64,000 nt of DNA from Flavobacteriales bacterium. Lineage in GTDB: Bacteria > Bacteroidota > Bacteroidia > Flavobacteriales_F > PHOS-HE28. The notes beneath the pieces were generated by a model that had not been told where the DNA came from, made no database searches, and was given only the letters and a program-made list of their open reading frames with translations. Made by a program: the position numbers and the translations under genes. This document shows positions 1 through 10,009 of this stretch, in pieces; the stretch's first letter is position 1; the number at the start of each line of letters is the position of its first letter. Where the stretch lies: the NCBI GenBank assembly GCA_019912395.1, contig JAIOIH010000010.1, forward strand, positions 18,760-82,759, written 5' to 3'.

Positions 1-177
1 GGAAGCACTTACGTTGCTCAGGAGCACCCTGAGTTTCTCGGCGTATGGCCGCATGCGGATGATGGCGTCCTGGGCCCGGCGCAACTTGGCAGCGCTCACC
101 ATCTTCATGGCGGCGGTGATCTGCTTGGTGCTATTGACCGAGACGATCCGGTTGCGGACTTCCTTCAGGCTGGCCAT
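1..177 (-). CDS. atpG: ATP synthase F1 gamma subunit, N-terminal part (runs off window)
   Basis: Reverse strand from ATG 177 reads [36 protein letters not shown], the gamma N-terminus; follows atpA. Confidence 0.96.
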   Translation of the reverse strand, partial: MASLKEVRNRIVSVNSTKQITAAMKMVSAAKLRRAQDAIIRMRPYAEKLRVLLSNVSAS

Positions 178-197
178 TTACTGGACGAAAATTTTTG

Positions 198-283
198 TCG
201 CGGAGATACGGAAGCGCTGAGCATTGCAAAGCGCAGGTCGGAAGCACCCTGTTGGGTATTCAACCTCTGCGTCCCTGCGTCTC
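198..283. repeat. Degenerate inverted pair of short-period (gacgcaga-like) repeats in the atpA-atpG spacer
   Basis: gagatacggaagcgctgag (203-221) versus reverse complement of ctctgcgtccctgcgtctc (265-283), about 12/19 matches. Confidence 0.45.
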
Positions 284-285
284 AT

Positions 286-1863
286 TCAGGCGAAGCTTTT
301 CGCGACATCGGCACCCACCTTTTCCAACGTGCCGGTGATCTGGTCATTGAACTCCCCGCGCTTCAGGGCCGCGAGCGTGTCGCTGTGCGAGTTGCGCAGC
401 ATGGTGAGGAAGGCTTCCTCGAACTGGCGCACCTTGACGATGGGAACCTTGCCGAGCAGGCCCTTTGAACCGAGGTAGATGATGGCCACCTGCTCTTCCA
501 CGCGCATGGGGCTGTTCTGTCCCTGCTTGAGGATCTCCACGTTGCGCGCGCCCTTGTCCAGCACGGCCTTGGTGGAGGCATCGAGGTCGGAACCGAACTT
601 CGAGAAGGCTTCCAGTTCGCGGTAGGCCGCCTGGTCCAGCTTCAAGGTGCCGGCCACCTTCTTCATGGACTTGATCTGCGCGTTGCCACCCACGCGGCTC
701 ACGCTGATGCCCACGTTGATGGCGGGGCGCACTCCGCTGAGGAAGAGGTTGCTCTCCAGGAAGATCTGCCCGTCGGTGATGGAGATCACGTTGGTGGGGA
801 TGTAGGCGGAAACGTCCCCGGCCTGCGTTTCAATGATCGGGAGCGCGGTAAGCGAACCGCCACCTTTCACCATGCCCTTCAGCGAGTCGGGCTGGTCGTT
901 CATTTGCGAGGCGATGGTGTCGTCGTCGATGATCTTGGCGGCACGTTCCAGCAGGCGGCTGTGCAGGTAGAACACGTCGCCGGGATAGGCCTCGCGTCCG
1001 GGAGGGCGGCGCAGGAGCAGGGACACCTCGCGGTAGGCAACGGCCTGTTTGGAAAGGTCGTCGAACACGATCAGTGCGGGGCGGCCGGTATCGCGGAAGA
1101 ATTCGCCGATGGCCGCACCGGTGAAGGGTGCGAAGAACTGCATCGGGGCGGGGTCGCTGGCATTGGCCGCCACCACGGTGGTGTAGGCCATGGCACCGTT
1201 CTCCTCCAGCACCTTCACGGTGCCCGCCACGGTGGATCCCTTCTGGCCGATGGCCACATAGATGCAGTACACCGGCTCGCCGGCCTCGTAGAACTCCTTC
1301 TGGTTGATGATGGTATCGATGGCCACGGTGCTCTTTCCGGTCTGGCGGTCGCCGATGATGAGCTCGCGCTGGCCGCGGCCAATGGGGATCATGGCATCGA
1401 TGGCCTTGATGCCCGTCTGCAGCGGCTCCTTCACCGGTTGGCGGTAGATGACGCCCGGTGCCTTGCGCTCGATGGGCATCTCGTAGGTCTTGCCTTCGAT
1501 GGGGCCCTTGCCGTCGATGGGCTCGCCGAGGGTGTCCACCACGCGGCCCACGATGCCCTCGCCCACGTTCACGCTGGCGATGCGCTTGGTGCGCTTCACC
1601 GTGTCGCCTTCCTTGATGCCCACGCTGGGACCGAGGAGCACCACGCCCACGTTGTCCTCCTCGAGGTTGAGCACGATGCCGCGCAATCCGCTGGGGAACT
1701 CCACCAGCTCACCACTCTGTACGCTGTTGAGGCCGTAGATGCGGGCGATACCGTCGCCGATCTGCAGCACGGTACCGACCTCCTCGAGCTCGGCCTCCGT
1801 ACGGAGCCCGGCGAGTTCTTCCTTCAGGATCGCCGACACTTCGGCGGGATTGATCTGTGCCAT
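286..1863 (-). CDS. atpA: ATP synthase F1 alpha subunit
   Basis: GDRQTGKS Walker [23 protein letters not shown]. Confidence 0.99.
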   Translation of the reverse strand: MAQINPAEVSAILKEELAGLRTEAELEEVGTVLQIGDGIARIYGLNSVQSGELVEFPSGLRGIVLNLEEDNVGVVLLGPSVGIKEGDTVKRTKRIASVNVGEGIVGRVVDTLGEPIDGKGPIEGKTYEMPIERKAPGVIYRQPVKEPLQTGIKAIDAMIPIGRGQRELIIGDRQTGKSTVAIDTIINQKEFYEAGEPVYCIYVAIGQKGSTVAGTVKVLEENGAMAYTTVVAANASDPAPMQFFAPFTGAAIGEFFRDTGRPALIVFDDLSKQAVAYREVSLLLRRPPGREAYPGDVFYLHSRLLERAAKIIDDDTIASQMNDQPDSLKGMVKGGGSLTALPIIETQAGDVSAYIPTNVISITDGQIFLESNLFLSGVRPAINVGISVSRVGGNAQIKSMKKVAGTLKLDQAAYRELEAFSKFGSDLDASTKAVLDKGARNVEILKQGQNSPMRVEEQVAIIYLGSKGLLGKVPIVKVRQFEEAFLTMLRNSHSDTLAALKRGEFNDQITGTLEKVGADVAKSFA

Positions 1864-1875
1864 GTGGATCTCTTT

Positions 1876-2436
1876 TTAGATCTCGGGGATGTAGGGGTTC
1901 TCTGAAAACTTGCGGCGCAGGTCGCTGAGGCGGCGGCTCACGCTGGCATCGACCTGTTCGTCGCCGATACGGACCACCACGCCTCCAATGAGCGAGGGGT
2001 CCACTGATTCCTTGAGCAGGATCGATTTTCCGGGATGGCGTTCCTCGGCCATCTTCTTCACTTGTGCCCGGGCCTCATCGCCAAGCGGCACCGCACTGCG
2101 CACTTCCGCCATCAGGATGTCGTGCTCCATGCGGTACACGTTCTGGAATCCCTCGGCGATCTGCGGCAGGATCCCTTCGCGGCCCTTGCGCACCAGGATC
2201 GCGATGAAGCGTTCGGTCATGTGGCCGATGTTCCCGCCGAAGACCCGGCCGAGTACCTTGTTCTTCATATCGGCCTTGATCACCGGGCTCCTGAGCATTA
2301 TGCGCAGGTCGATGTTCTCCGCGCAGGTGGAGGCCACCAACAGCATATCCTCCCGCACGGCCTCCATCACGCCCTTTTCCCGGGCAAGCTGCATCAGCGA
2401 GCGGGCATAGCGGTATGCGACGGGGGAAACGTTCAT
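1876..2436 (-). CDS. atpH: ATP synthase F1 delta subunit
   Basis: VAYRYARSL N-terminus, VDPSLIGG...DASV C-terminus, operon position. Confidence 0.96.
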   Translation of the reverse strand: MNVSPVAYRYARSLMQLAREKGVMEAVREDMLLVASTCAENIDLRIMLRSPVIKADMKNKVLGRVFGGNIGHMTERFIAILVRKGREGILPQIAEGFQNVYRMEHDILMAEVRSAVPLGDEARAQVKKMAEERHPGKSILLKESVDPSLIGGVVVRIGDEQVDASVSRRLSDLRRKFSENPYIPEI

Positions 2437-2942
2437 GACAGGTGGACGTCGCTTTCCTTGAGCACCTTCTCCAGTAGCGCCTGCTGCGCGGCCTTGTCGC
2501 CAAGCTTCTCGCGCAGGATACGCTCGGCCACCACGATGCTGAGCTCGCCCACCTGGTTCTTCATCTCGGTGATGGCGGCGTTCTTCTCGTTGCGGATGTC
2601 CTCGCGGGCGCGTGCCAGCATGGCATCGGCCTCGGCCTTTGCGCGGCCCTTGGCCTCGGCGATCTCCTTGTCGCGGATATCACGGGCCTCCCTGAGCATC
2701 AGCTCGCGCTCGGTGCGGGCCTCCTGCAACAGGTCCTCGTTCCCGGCCTTCATGGCGGCCACTTCCTCGCGGGCCTTGCGGGCCTCGCCGATGGCGTCCT
2801 CGATGGACTGCTCACGCTCGTGCAGGGCACCAAGAATGGGCTTCCAGGCGTACTTGGCCAACAGGAAGAATGCGATCCCGAAGGAAAGGGTCATCCAAAA
2901 GATGAGCCCGAATGAAGGTTCGACGAGGCTGACGAGGAACAT
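2433..2942 (-). CDS. atpF: ATP synthase F0 b subunit
   Basis: PSFGLIFW TM helix, KYAWKPIL, long charged helix. Confidence 0.96.
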   Translation of the reverse strand: MFLVSLVEPSFGLIFWMTLSFGIAFFLLAKYAWKPILGALHEREQSIEDAIGEARKAREEVAAMKAGNEDLLQEARTERELMLREARDIRDKEIAEAKGRAKAEADAMLARAREDIRNEKNAAITEMKNQVGELSIVVAERILREKLGDKAAQQALLEKVLKESDVHLS

Positions 2943-3000
2943 GCGGTTGCGTTTGGAACGGGTGAATGAACGCTGCTGCCGACCGGGGCCGGGGTGGCGC

Positions 3001-3243
3001 TTACTTCAGCACCACCAACAGGCCCACCACCATCGCGAAGAACGCGGCACCCTCCACGAGGGCAGCGGTGAGGATCATGCTGGCGCGCAGATCGTTGGTG
3101 GCTTCCGGCTGACGGGCCATGGCTTGAACGGCGTCACCGCCGATGCGACCGATGCCGAGACCGGCACCAAGAGCGGCGATGCCCGCGCCAACGGCTGCGA
3201 TACCGTAACCGGCGCTAACTTCGAGAAGTGCTGAAAGTAACAT
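3001..3243 (-). CDS. atpE: ATP synthase F0 c subunit (80 aa)
   Basis: C-terminal part of the 191-aa track ORF, from ATG 3243: GxGxG motif, ARQPE loop, ALVEG ion-binding Glu. Confidence 0.96.
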   Translation of the reverse strand: MLLSALLEVSAGYGIAAVGAGIAALGAGLGIGRIGGDAVQAMARQPEATNDLRASMILTAALVEGAAFFAMVVGLLVVLK

Positions 3244-3254
3244 GCTTGGGGGGT

Positions 3255-4352
3255 TTAAACGATTGATTCCTTGTGTTCGTGCGATTCTTCCACGGCACCA
3301 CCGATGTAGAGTGCCGCGAGGAAGGTGAATACGTAGGCCTGGATGAAGGCTACGAGAAGTTCCAGGAAGAACATGAAGATGGTGAAGAGCAGGCTCACCA
3401 CCGACACGCCATAGCCGGCCACCGGGCTGGTGGCGCCGAAGACGAAGATCAGGCTGAAGAAGCTCATCACGATGATGTGGCCTGCCGTGATGTTGGCGAA
3501 CAACCGGATCATCAGCACGAAGGGCTTGAGGAACATGCCCATGATCTCCACCGGGGTGAGGATGATCAGCACCCAAACGGGAACGCCGGGCATGGCCAGG
3601 ATATGGCGCCAGTAATGGCGGTTACCGTTGACGGTGACGATCACGAACGTGATCAGGGCCAGGGCGAAGGTCACCGCAATGTTACCCGTGATATTGGCCC
3701 CTCCGGGGAAGAAGGGGACCAGCCCCAGCAGGTTGGCGAAAAGGATCACGAAGAAAGTGGTGAGCAGGTAGGGCATGAAGCGCGCATACTTCGTCTCGCC
3801 GATCGCTCCCTTGGCCACGTCGTCACGCACAAAGAGGATGATGGGCTCCATCAGGGACTGCAGGCCTTTGGGGGCCTTCCCGGCGCGCTTCTTATAGGAC
3901 TTCGCAACAGAGAAGAAGGTGATCAGCACGAGGACCACCACCAGAAAAAGGGAGACCACGTTCTTGGTGAGCGAGATGTCCCAGATGTTTGCCGATGCGG
4001 CCTCGTCGATGTTGCCGCTGGCATCCACCGCCACGATCTTCCCGTCGTGGAGCATGTATCCATCGTAGGCGGCATGGCCATGTTCAAAGCGGGCGCTGCT
4101 GAACACGCTGAATCCGCGCTCGGTGTCGTACAGGATGATCGGCAGAGGCAAGGAATGATCGCCGGCGATGTGCCAGCCATGCTCATCCACAATATGGCCC
4201 ATGATGAGCTGGCCTGCATCGAATTCGCTGGCCTCCACGCCGCTGACCTCAGCGTCATTTGCCGTTGAACCGGTGTCTGCATGCAGCCCATGCTGCGCCA
4301 CCGACCACCCTGCGAGGAGGAAGGAGAAGGAGAGGAAAACCGCACGCAGCAA
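3255..4352 (-). CDS. atpB: ATP synthase F0 a subunit with Bacteroidota N-terminal extension
   Basis: IRLFANITAGH, AFIQAYVF motifs. Start moved to TTG 4352 because a TACATTTG promoter lies at 4398-4405 and a signal-peptide-like stretch follows. Confidence 0.93.
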   Translation of the reverse strand: MLRAVFLSFSFLLAGWSVAQHGLHADTGSTANDAEVSGVEASEFDAGQLIMGHIVDEHGWHIAGDHSLPLPIILYDTERGFSVFSSARFEHGHAAYDGYMLHDGKIVAVDASGNIDEAASANIWDISLTKNVVSLFLVVVLVLITFFSVAKSYKKRAGKAPKGLQSLMEPIILFVRDDVAKGAIGETKYARFMPYLLTTFFVILFANLLGLVPFFPGGANITGNIAVTFALALITFVIVTVNGNRHYWRHILAMPGVPVWVLIILTPVEIMGMFLKPFVLMIRLFANITAGHIIVMSFFSLIFVFGATSPVAGYGVSVVSLLFTIFMFFLELLVAFIQAYVFTFLAALYIGGAVEESHEHKESIV

Positions 4353-4397
4353 CGTTTCGGGGGATTTTTCGAGGAGAGCTCCTCTTCTTAGCGGCCG

Positions 4398-4405
4398 CAA
4401 ATGTA
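4398..4405 (-). promoter_or_regulatory. Bacteroidota primary-sigma -7 element upstream of atpB
   Basis: TACATTTG matches TAnnTTTG exactly. Confidence 0.7.
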
Positions 4406-4479
4406 GCCAAGGTCCGTCAATGGCGCATGCACCCCTTCGAAAATGAAGGAGGACCCAAGCCACAACATTCCGGGATCCC

Positions 4480-4707
4480 TTAGTTCACGCGTGTTTCCTT
4501 GAAGAGGATGTACATGGCGATGGCCACGCCCCCCAGGGAACCCAAGAGCGTGAGGATGGGAAAATCCCATCCGGTGCGCTGATCGCCCCACCAGCCTCCG
4601 TAGGCGCCCAGGCCGATGATGGCGGCCATTTGGAAACCGATCCCGCTGAACCGCAGATAGCTGTTTGTGGCCTTCTTCAGCTTGCGTCGTTCCTCCTCGT
4701 CGATCAT
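4480..4707 (-). CDS. AtpZ/AtpI family membrane protein
   Basis: YLRFSGIGFQMAAII..GGWWGD, two TM helices, upstream of atpB. Confidence 0.85.
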   Translation of the reverse strand: MIDEEERRKLKKATNSYLRFSGIGFQMAAIIGLGAYGGWWGDQRTGWDFPILTLLGSLGGVAIAMYILFKETRVN

Positions 4708-5105
4708 GGACGCGGGGCATTGCGCGAACGGCTGCTGAGCCGGACGGTGGAGAAGGCCAGGAAGGCCAAGTACAGACCGGTGAGCAGAAGTGCCAATGGA
4801 ACGGCCCGGTCACGGGGCAGGAGTACCAGAATGGCCGCAACGGCCGCCAGGGCCACCATCAATTTGGCCACCAGGCCCACCATGAAGCGGAACATGAATC
4901 CCTTGGGGTCGCTGATCAAGCCTCCTTCCTGCCAGATCTGCAAGGCTGCGGAGAGGATCGTCCAGAAAGCCAGAACGGCCAACTGGGGAAGGCCGAAGGA
5001 CAGGTGGGCGAGCCGGAACAACGCATAGGTGGCTGCACCGATGGCAATACCGAATAGCACCACCGCCGCCAATGCCCGCCGGGGTTGGAAGCTATCCGTG
5101 GTCAT
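4704..5105 (-). CDS. 4-TM membrane protein (ATP synthase I-like accessory)
   Basis: Four hydrophobic segments, 4-nt overlap with atpZ. Confidence 0.7.
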   Translation of the reverse strand: MTTDSFQPRRALAAVVLFGIAIGAATYALFRLAHLSFGLPQLAVLAFWTILSAALQIWQEGGLISDPKGFMFRFMVGLVAKLMVALAAVAAILVLLPRDRAVPLALLLTGLYLAFLAFSTVRLSSRSRNAPRP

Positions 5106-5138
5106 GGCTGATCCAGCGGGTATGGCAAGTAGGAGAGG

Positions 5139-5645
5139 TCAACGACCGGTCTTCAGGGGCTCGGGCCGCGAGGTGCCCGCAGTAGAGGAGCCACTTGCAG
5201 GATTCCCGGATGCGGGTGAATGGTCCGGGGTTGTGCTCAACCGCACCGTGCCGGGTTCCTTGACCGGGTTGCCACCGCCCATGTTGCAGTTGCCCGTGAA
5301 TGTGGCTCCCGGCTCAATGGAGAGCTTTTTGGTGAGAATGTCACCGGTAAGTTTGGCGGTGGCTTTCAGCGAAAGCAGGTCCTGGCATGCGATCTTGCCG
5401 TTCACCGTTCCCTCGATATCACTGCTCTGGCAGTTCACGTCCCCCTCCACCAGTCCACTCGCACCCACGATCAGGCGTCCGCGCACATGGATGGTCCCCT
5501 TCACCTTGCCGTCGATGCGGATGTTGCTGTCCGAACGCACCTCACCCTCGATGGAGGTACCTTCCATGATGCTGTTGATCTTTCCCGGACTGACGGGTTC
5601 GCTGGGCTTGGTCATGGTCTCGTGGGCTTTGTCGTTCCGGAACAT
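5139..5645 (-). CDS. Bactofilin / polymer-forming cytoskeletal protein
   Basis: IRIDGKVKGTI...VEGDV...IEGTVNGKI...LSIEPGATFTG beta-helix repeats. Confidence 0.92.
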   Translation of the reverse strand: MFRNDKAHETMTKPSEPVSPGKINSIMEGTSIEGEVRSDSNIRIDGKVKGTIHVRGRLIVGASGLVEGDVNCQSSDIEGTVNGKIACQDLLSLKATAKLTGDILTKKLSIEPGATFTGNCNMGGGNPVKEPGTVRLSTTPDHSPASGNPASGSSTAGTSRPEPLKTGR

Positions 5646-5707
5646 GGTAGTGGAGTGGTCGGTTCGCGTTGAAGAAGTGACGAAGGTAATACCCTCATCG
5701 GTTCGCG

Positions 5708-8341
5708 CTATTTCCCGTCCAGATAGTTGCGGCTGAAGAAACCCTCGTAACCATTCGGGTCCTTGGCCACATAAAAGCGCTGGTAATTGTCGCTGCTGAT
5801 GGCGAAAAGGGGAAAGCCCTGATCGTTGATGCCGGCGAGGTCCCCTTTGTTGTTCTTGAAACTATCGTAATAGGACATGGCCAGTTCCTTGGTCTCGAAC
5901 AAGCGGATCAGGATCACTTGGCTGCCAGGGTTCCAGATGCTGGTCTTGACCTCTATGGGCTGGTTGCGGAAGAAGCGCTGGTTGAAATCGCTGATCTGGG
6001 CGGTAATTCCGCTCATGGGTCCTGCGCTGTCCGGTACGATGATGATCACGTAATGTGCTCCCTTGGCTGGTGAATAGGAGGGACCTTCCGATGCTGTATC
6101 CGTGCTGTCCCCTTCTCCGGCACCGACCATCTTGTCGAGGTTGGCGAGCAATGCAATGGCGGCCTTGGCCTCATCGCTACCGGGGTAATTGTCCCGCACC
6201 AGGCCCAAGGCATCGCGGAAGGGCCCCAGCATGTGCAGGCCGCCGATGGCCATGGCCTTCAATAGCCCGTACTTGGCCAGGAGGTGGTTGCGGGGTTCGT
6301 TGGCCACCACGCCATCGCATGTCGCGATCACGCCGCGGTACGATCCCTGCTTGAATTGCTGGTACAGGGCATCATAGGCCTGCGCCTCGGCGATCCGTGT
6401 GGCCTCGTCGGCCTGAAGTTGGTCCGGATTGCGTACCAACCGGGCGAACTCCGACCCCGGCCAGCGTTCCAGGATGATGTCCGAATAGTGCTTCGAGCTG
6501 GCTCCGCCGAAATCCATGAAGTTGCCGGCCTTTTCCTTGGCGAGGTAGATCCGATAGAGCTGGTAGTAGGATTCGGGCGTGTACCGGCAGTCGTCAAAGC
6601 GGTCGTTGAGCACTTGGAAGCTTTCGATGGCGTTGTCCACGTCCTTCAGCTTCTCCTTGTAGATCATTCCGGATAGGTACAGCGCTTGGCAGATCTTCGA
6701 ATTGCTGGTGTCGAGCATGGCCTCGTTCACGGGAATATCCTTCAGGTAGTGCTCGGGGTTCTTCCATTCGGGTTCGCCCTCGGCCAACGTCGGGAGCGTG
6801 CCTGCGCTTCCCTCCTCCTCCTCCTCCTCTTCCTCGGCGATGTCCACCAATGCCGTACCGCTCTTGTCCGCCCGTCGCCAATCATCTTCGTTGGGCCTGC
6901 TGCCCCACTTTTTCCTGAAATCCGCCAATCCCCGGGCCACATGGGTGGGGTTGTAGAAGTACCATGCACCTCCGCTTCCTGCTGTGCCGGGCTTGGGGGC
7001 CAACGGGGTGCTGGCGATGATCTCCCGCGAATCATCAGCGGTCTGCTTGTCCTCCACCTCCTGGCGCTCCCGCTCGCGGATCAGTTGCTTGATCCGCTTT
7101 TCGCGTTCCTCCGGTTCGAGCTTGGCAAAGGCTTGCAGGCTGTCCTCGCGGGCGATCACGTTCAGCTGCACCACCAGGTCCCCGAGCACCTCGGCGCGGG
7201 TGGTCACCTCGTCGAAGCGCGGATGCTCTTCGGAGAGCACCGTGCTGGTGCTGTCGTAATACTGCTGGGCGGCCGGGTATTTCTTGTCATCGAAATAGAG
7301 ATCGGCCAGCTTTAGGAAACTCTTGGCCTTTTGCCGCGTGTCCGTTGTGCTGGAGCGTGTGCTCATCATCAGTTGGCCTATCGCGTCGCTTCGCATGTTC
7401 TCCTTGAGGTCCAGCTCGGCCAAGGCATAGTGGATCATATCGTAGTGGTCCAGGTTCTTCTCGTCACGGAGCATGCGGGCAAGCTTTTGCCGCAGGGTTT
7501 TGCTATCCCCGCGGTCGAAGGCCAGTGCTTGGAAGATCTGTGCATGGAAGCCCATCTCATAGGGCGCGCCCATGCGTGCGACCTTGTTGTACATGGCGAT
7601 GGCCTTGTCGTCCAGCCCCTTCAATTGGTAGAGCTGCGCGAGGATGAACGACCAACGGATCCGGTCCTTCTTCTTGTTCGCGATCTGCAGGGCATGTTCC
7701 AGGTTGATGATGGCATTGTCCACTTTTCCGCGATGGAGGTCCAGGTCGGCCTGCACCGCACTGAGCTCGTCGTGCGGGAAGCGCTTCGGCAGTTCCTTCT
7801 GGCCTTTTATCTCGTCCAGTGTGCTCTGGGCCTTGGCATATTGTTCCAGCTCAATGGCAGTGCGTGCCAACCATAGCTTGGCCTCCATCTGCTTGTCCTG
7901 GCCCTTGTAGCGTCGGCCGATGTAATCGAACGTGCGCAAGGCATCCAGGTAGCCGCGCTTGTAGAAATGGCTTTTCCCGATCACGAACCAGGCATCGTCG
8001 ATCCAGTTGTTCTTCTCCTTTCCCCCGAACTCCATGGAGTTGCGGTCGATCACCGTGGCGCATTTTTCAATGCATATCTCCAGCGCGGGTGTCATGGCCC
8101 GGGCCTCATCCTCGGTCCCGTTGACGAAAATGGGCAGCACCTGGTCGTAGTCGTCCACATGGCCCTTTTGCATGGCCGCCACGGTCTCCTTCAGCTTCTC
8201 GTTGGCATTGAACCAGCCATTGTCCCGGGTCACCAGCCGATGGAAGGTGCGGTTGACGAAGGTGTCCTTGTTCGTGGAACAGGCCACCACCATCACAATG
8301 GCCAGTGCAGGCAGCAGATATCGAGTTGGGGAACGGCGCAT
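5708..8341 (-). CDS. sprE: T9SS/gliding TPR lipoprotein PorW/SprE
   Basis: Lipobox VVAC-STNKDTF, TPRs, WYFYNP...FRKKWGSRPNEDDWRR motif, position before bactofilin-atp; start ATG 8341 or TTG 8365. Confidence 0.85.
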   Translation of the reverse strand: MRRSPTRYLLPALAIVMVVACSTNKDTFVNRTFHRLVTRDNGWFNANEKLKETVAAMQKGHVDDYDQVLPIFVNGTEDEARAMTPALEICIEKCATVIDRNSMEFGGKEKNNWIDDAWFVIGKSHFYKRGYLDALRTFDYIGRRYKGQDKQMEAKLWLARTAIELEQYAKAQSTLDEIKGQKELPKRFPHDELSAVQADLDLHRGKVDNAIINLEHALQIANKKKDRIRWSFILAQLYQLKGLDDKAIAMYNKVARMGAPYEMGFHAQIFQALAFDRGDSKTLRQKLARMLRDEKNLDHYDMIHYALAELDLKENMRSDAIGQLMMSTRSSTTDTRQKAKSFLKLADLYFDDKKYPAAQQYYDSTSTVLSEEHPRFDEVTTRAEVLGDLVVQLNVIAREDSLQAFAKLEPEEREKRIKQLIRERERQEVEDKQTADDSREIIASTPLAPKPGTAGSGGAWYFYNPTHVARGLADFRKKWGSRPNEDDWRRADKSGTALVDIAEEEEEEEEGSAGTLPTLAEGEPEWKNPEHYLKDIPVNEAMLDTSNSKICQALYLSGMIYKEKLKDVDNAIESFQVLNDRFDDCRYTPESYYQLYRIYLAKEKAGNFMDFGGASSKHYSDIILERWPGSEFARLVRNPDQLQADEATRIAEAQAYDALYQQFKQGSYRGVIATCDGVVANEPRNHLLAKYGLLKAMAIGGLHMLGPFRDALGLVRDNYPGSDEAKAAIALLANLDKMVGAGEGDSTDTASEGPSYSPAKGAHYVIIIVPDSAGPMSGITAQISDFNQRFFRNQPIEVKTSIWNPGSQVILIRLFETKELAMSYYDSFKNNKGDLAGINDQGFPLFAISSDNYQRFYVAKDPNGYEGFFSRNYLDGK

Positions 8342-8370
8342 TCGGGCGTGCTGTAAGAACAGCAAGGCGG

Positions 8371-8378
8371 CAAAGTTA
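8371..8378 (-). promoter_or_regulatory. -7 promoter element for sprE
   Basis: TAACTTTG. Confidence 0.7.
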
Positions 8379-8403
8379 TTTCATGCGTTCCGCACCGGGG
8401 GGG

Positions 8404-9396
8404 CTATTTCGCCATATAGCGCCCGGCAGGCCGTAGAAGCACCACCTTCAGGTCCTGTTCCTCGAAGGAGTTGAACCCGACCTCGATGTGCCGGTCCGGC
8501 CAGAATACCCGGACCCTTTTGCGCTTGAGGTCGTAGGCGACGCTGTATAGCGTGCCGAAGCCCCTCAGATACTGTTGATGGTAGAGCGGCGGTTTCAGGA
8601 AGCGCTTCAGCAGTTGGGCGCGGTCCACGTTCTCATCGCGCAGCAGTTCCTCCAAGTAGTCGTTCCGCTCCAGGGTTTGGGTGAAGGCGGCATACTCGTC
8701 CCATTCCACCTGCCCCTGGTGATTGGTGCAGACAGGCTGATGCACGATCTTGGCGGGCCGGTCGGGGTTGAGGTAGGCCACGGCATAGTGCCCGTTCTTG
8801 TCCAGGGCGATCACGTTGTAGCTCATGTGAACGGGAATGCGGCCCACTACGGCCATGGCTTCCTCGGTGGTGGAGCAGGTCTCCAGTATGTAGCGCACCA
8901 CCAACGGGATGCCGAAGCCGATGCCGCTCACCTTCCTGCCACCGAAAGCCAAGGCCACGGCCAATCCGTCGGCGTTCATGCCGTCCAACGAGCCCCATGC
9001 GCTGTCCTGGATGCTGATCACCGGCTTCAACCATTCCGTGAAGCACATTTGCCCGTCGAAAAAGCGGGGGTCGTAGTCGTAATTGCGCACCAGCGTGGGG
9101 TTCCCGCGCACCCAAGCAGCTTGGGAGCAGCCGGCCATGTAGGGAGGCGGGCACCACATGCTGAGAAAGCGGGCCTCCAGGTCGCCGCCACCGGCCAGCT
9201 CGCAGAGGCTGTCATAGGTGGGCAACAGCTCCGGCATGTGGACGGCCAGGGCGTCCCGGGATTCCGCGCGCCCAGGTCGTGCGCCATGGCCCTCGCTCAC
9301 GAACCAGTCCAAGTAGAGTGGCCACACGCGGTGGAAGAAGCGCTGCCAACGCTCGGAGGGCTGCGGCTCGTGGATGAGCTTGAGGTGGATGTACAT
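8404..9396 (-). CDS. C45 family autoproteolytic acyltransferase/amidohydrolase (Ntn fold)
   Basis: G-CS self-cleavage site (YMAG/CSQ), RNYDY, DGMNADGLAV, TNH motifs. Confidence 0.88.
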   Translation of the reverse strand: MYIHLKLIHEPQPSERWQRFFHRVWPLYLDWFVSEGHGARPGRAESRDALAVHMPELLPTYDSLCELAGGGDLEARFLSMWCPPPYMAGCSQAAWVRGNPTLVRNYDYDPRFFDGQMCFTEWLKPVISIQDSAWGSLDGMNADGLAVALAFGGRKVSGIGFGIPLVVRYILETCSTTEEAMAVVGRIPVHMSYNVIALDKNGHYAVAYLNPDRPAKIVHQPVCTNHQGQVEWDEYAAFTQTLERNDYLEELLRDENVDRAQLLKRFLKPPLYHQQYLRGFGTLYSVAYDLKRKRVRVFWPDRHIEVGFNSFEEQDLKVVLLRPAGRYMAK

Positions 9397-9409
9397 GGAA
9401 GGAAGGTTC

Positions 9410-9985
9410 TACCGCAAAGGGCGCGAAGGGCACAAAGAATGCAACATCCAGATGATGCGTTGGCGGTTAAACATCGGGATTACCTGGCACCACGTGTTGA
9501 ATGCCGTGCTTCATTCATTCCACATTGAAGTTGAGGAGTAGACCGAGTGAGCAACCGGTGAGTCGCAGATAGGTCATGACCTGGGACAGATGGATGTCAT
9601 CAAAGGCCGTGACCGCCTTGATCTCTACGATCAGCTTTCGCTCTACTAGTAGGTCAAGCCGATAACCGAGCTCCAGATCGTTGCCATTATATACCACAGG
9701 TAGTTCCAACTGGCCCTGAACATCAACGCCAAGGATCCTAAGTTCATAAAGCAAGGCCTTTTCATAGATGCGTTCGTAAAGGCCCGGACCCAACGTGCTG
9801 TGGACCTCGATCGCTCGACCAATGACAATATGGGACAGCTCGTTAGCGGTCATGGGGTATCAAAATCGTTAAGCCGAAGGAAAAACACCACAAAGCACAT
9901 GAGGACTACCGAGAAGCAAATGGGCTAAGGAGGCGTGCTGAATACGGATCTCCCTTGCTTTGTGCCCTTCGTGTTCATTGCGGTA
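9410..9985. mobile_element. Putative GxxExxY cassette bounded by 28-bp imperfect inverted repeats
   Basis: 9410-9437 versus reverse complement of 9958-9985: 24/28 identical; degenerate third copy at 9886-9913; interior visibly more AT-rich than flanks. Confidence 0.65.
9467..9853 (-). pseudogene. GxxExxY protein (PD-(D/E)XK fold) with in-frame TGA near its C-terminus
   Basis: GLYERIY, RLDLLVE..IVEIK, QVMTYL..LLLNF. TGA at 9515-9517 is followed in frame by family-like MKHGIQHVV to TAA 9467. Confidence 0.8.
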
Positions 9986-10009
9986 TGGAAAACATCGCGG
10001 TTCCTTTCC

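Noticed and set aside
904-1905. Long antisense ORFs (also 11674-13137, 37879-39282, 39461-41143, 48861-50477, 56002-57504 and others)
   Set aside because: Shadow frames of GC3-biased real genes on the opposite strand; no recognisable motifs.
4353-4463. N-terminal extension of atpB in the ORF track (similarly extended starts for atpE, the decarboxylase, tetR, clc, mscS and ridA)
   Set aside because: Extensions overlap promoter motifs or neighbouring genes; downstream starts fit family lengths better.
1-8341. atp operon lacking atpD/atpC and joined to sprE and bactofilin
   Set aside because: Normal arrangement in Bacteroidota.
9515-9517. Selenocysteine or alternative-code reading of the TGA
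   Set aside because: Not a Cys-equivalent position, no evident SECIS hairpin, and TGA terminates many ordinary genes in this window.
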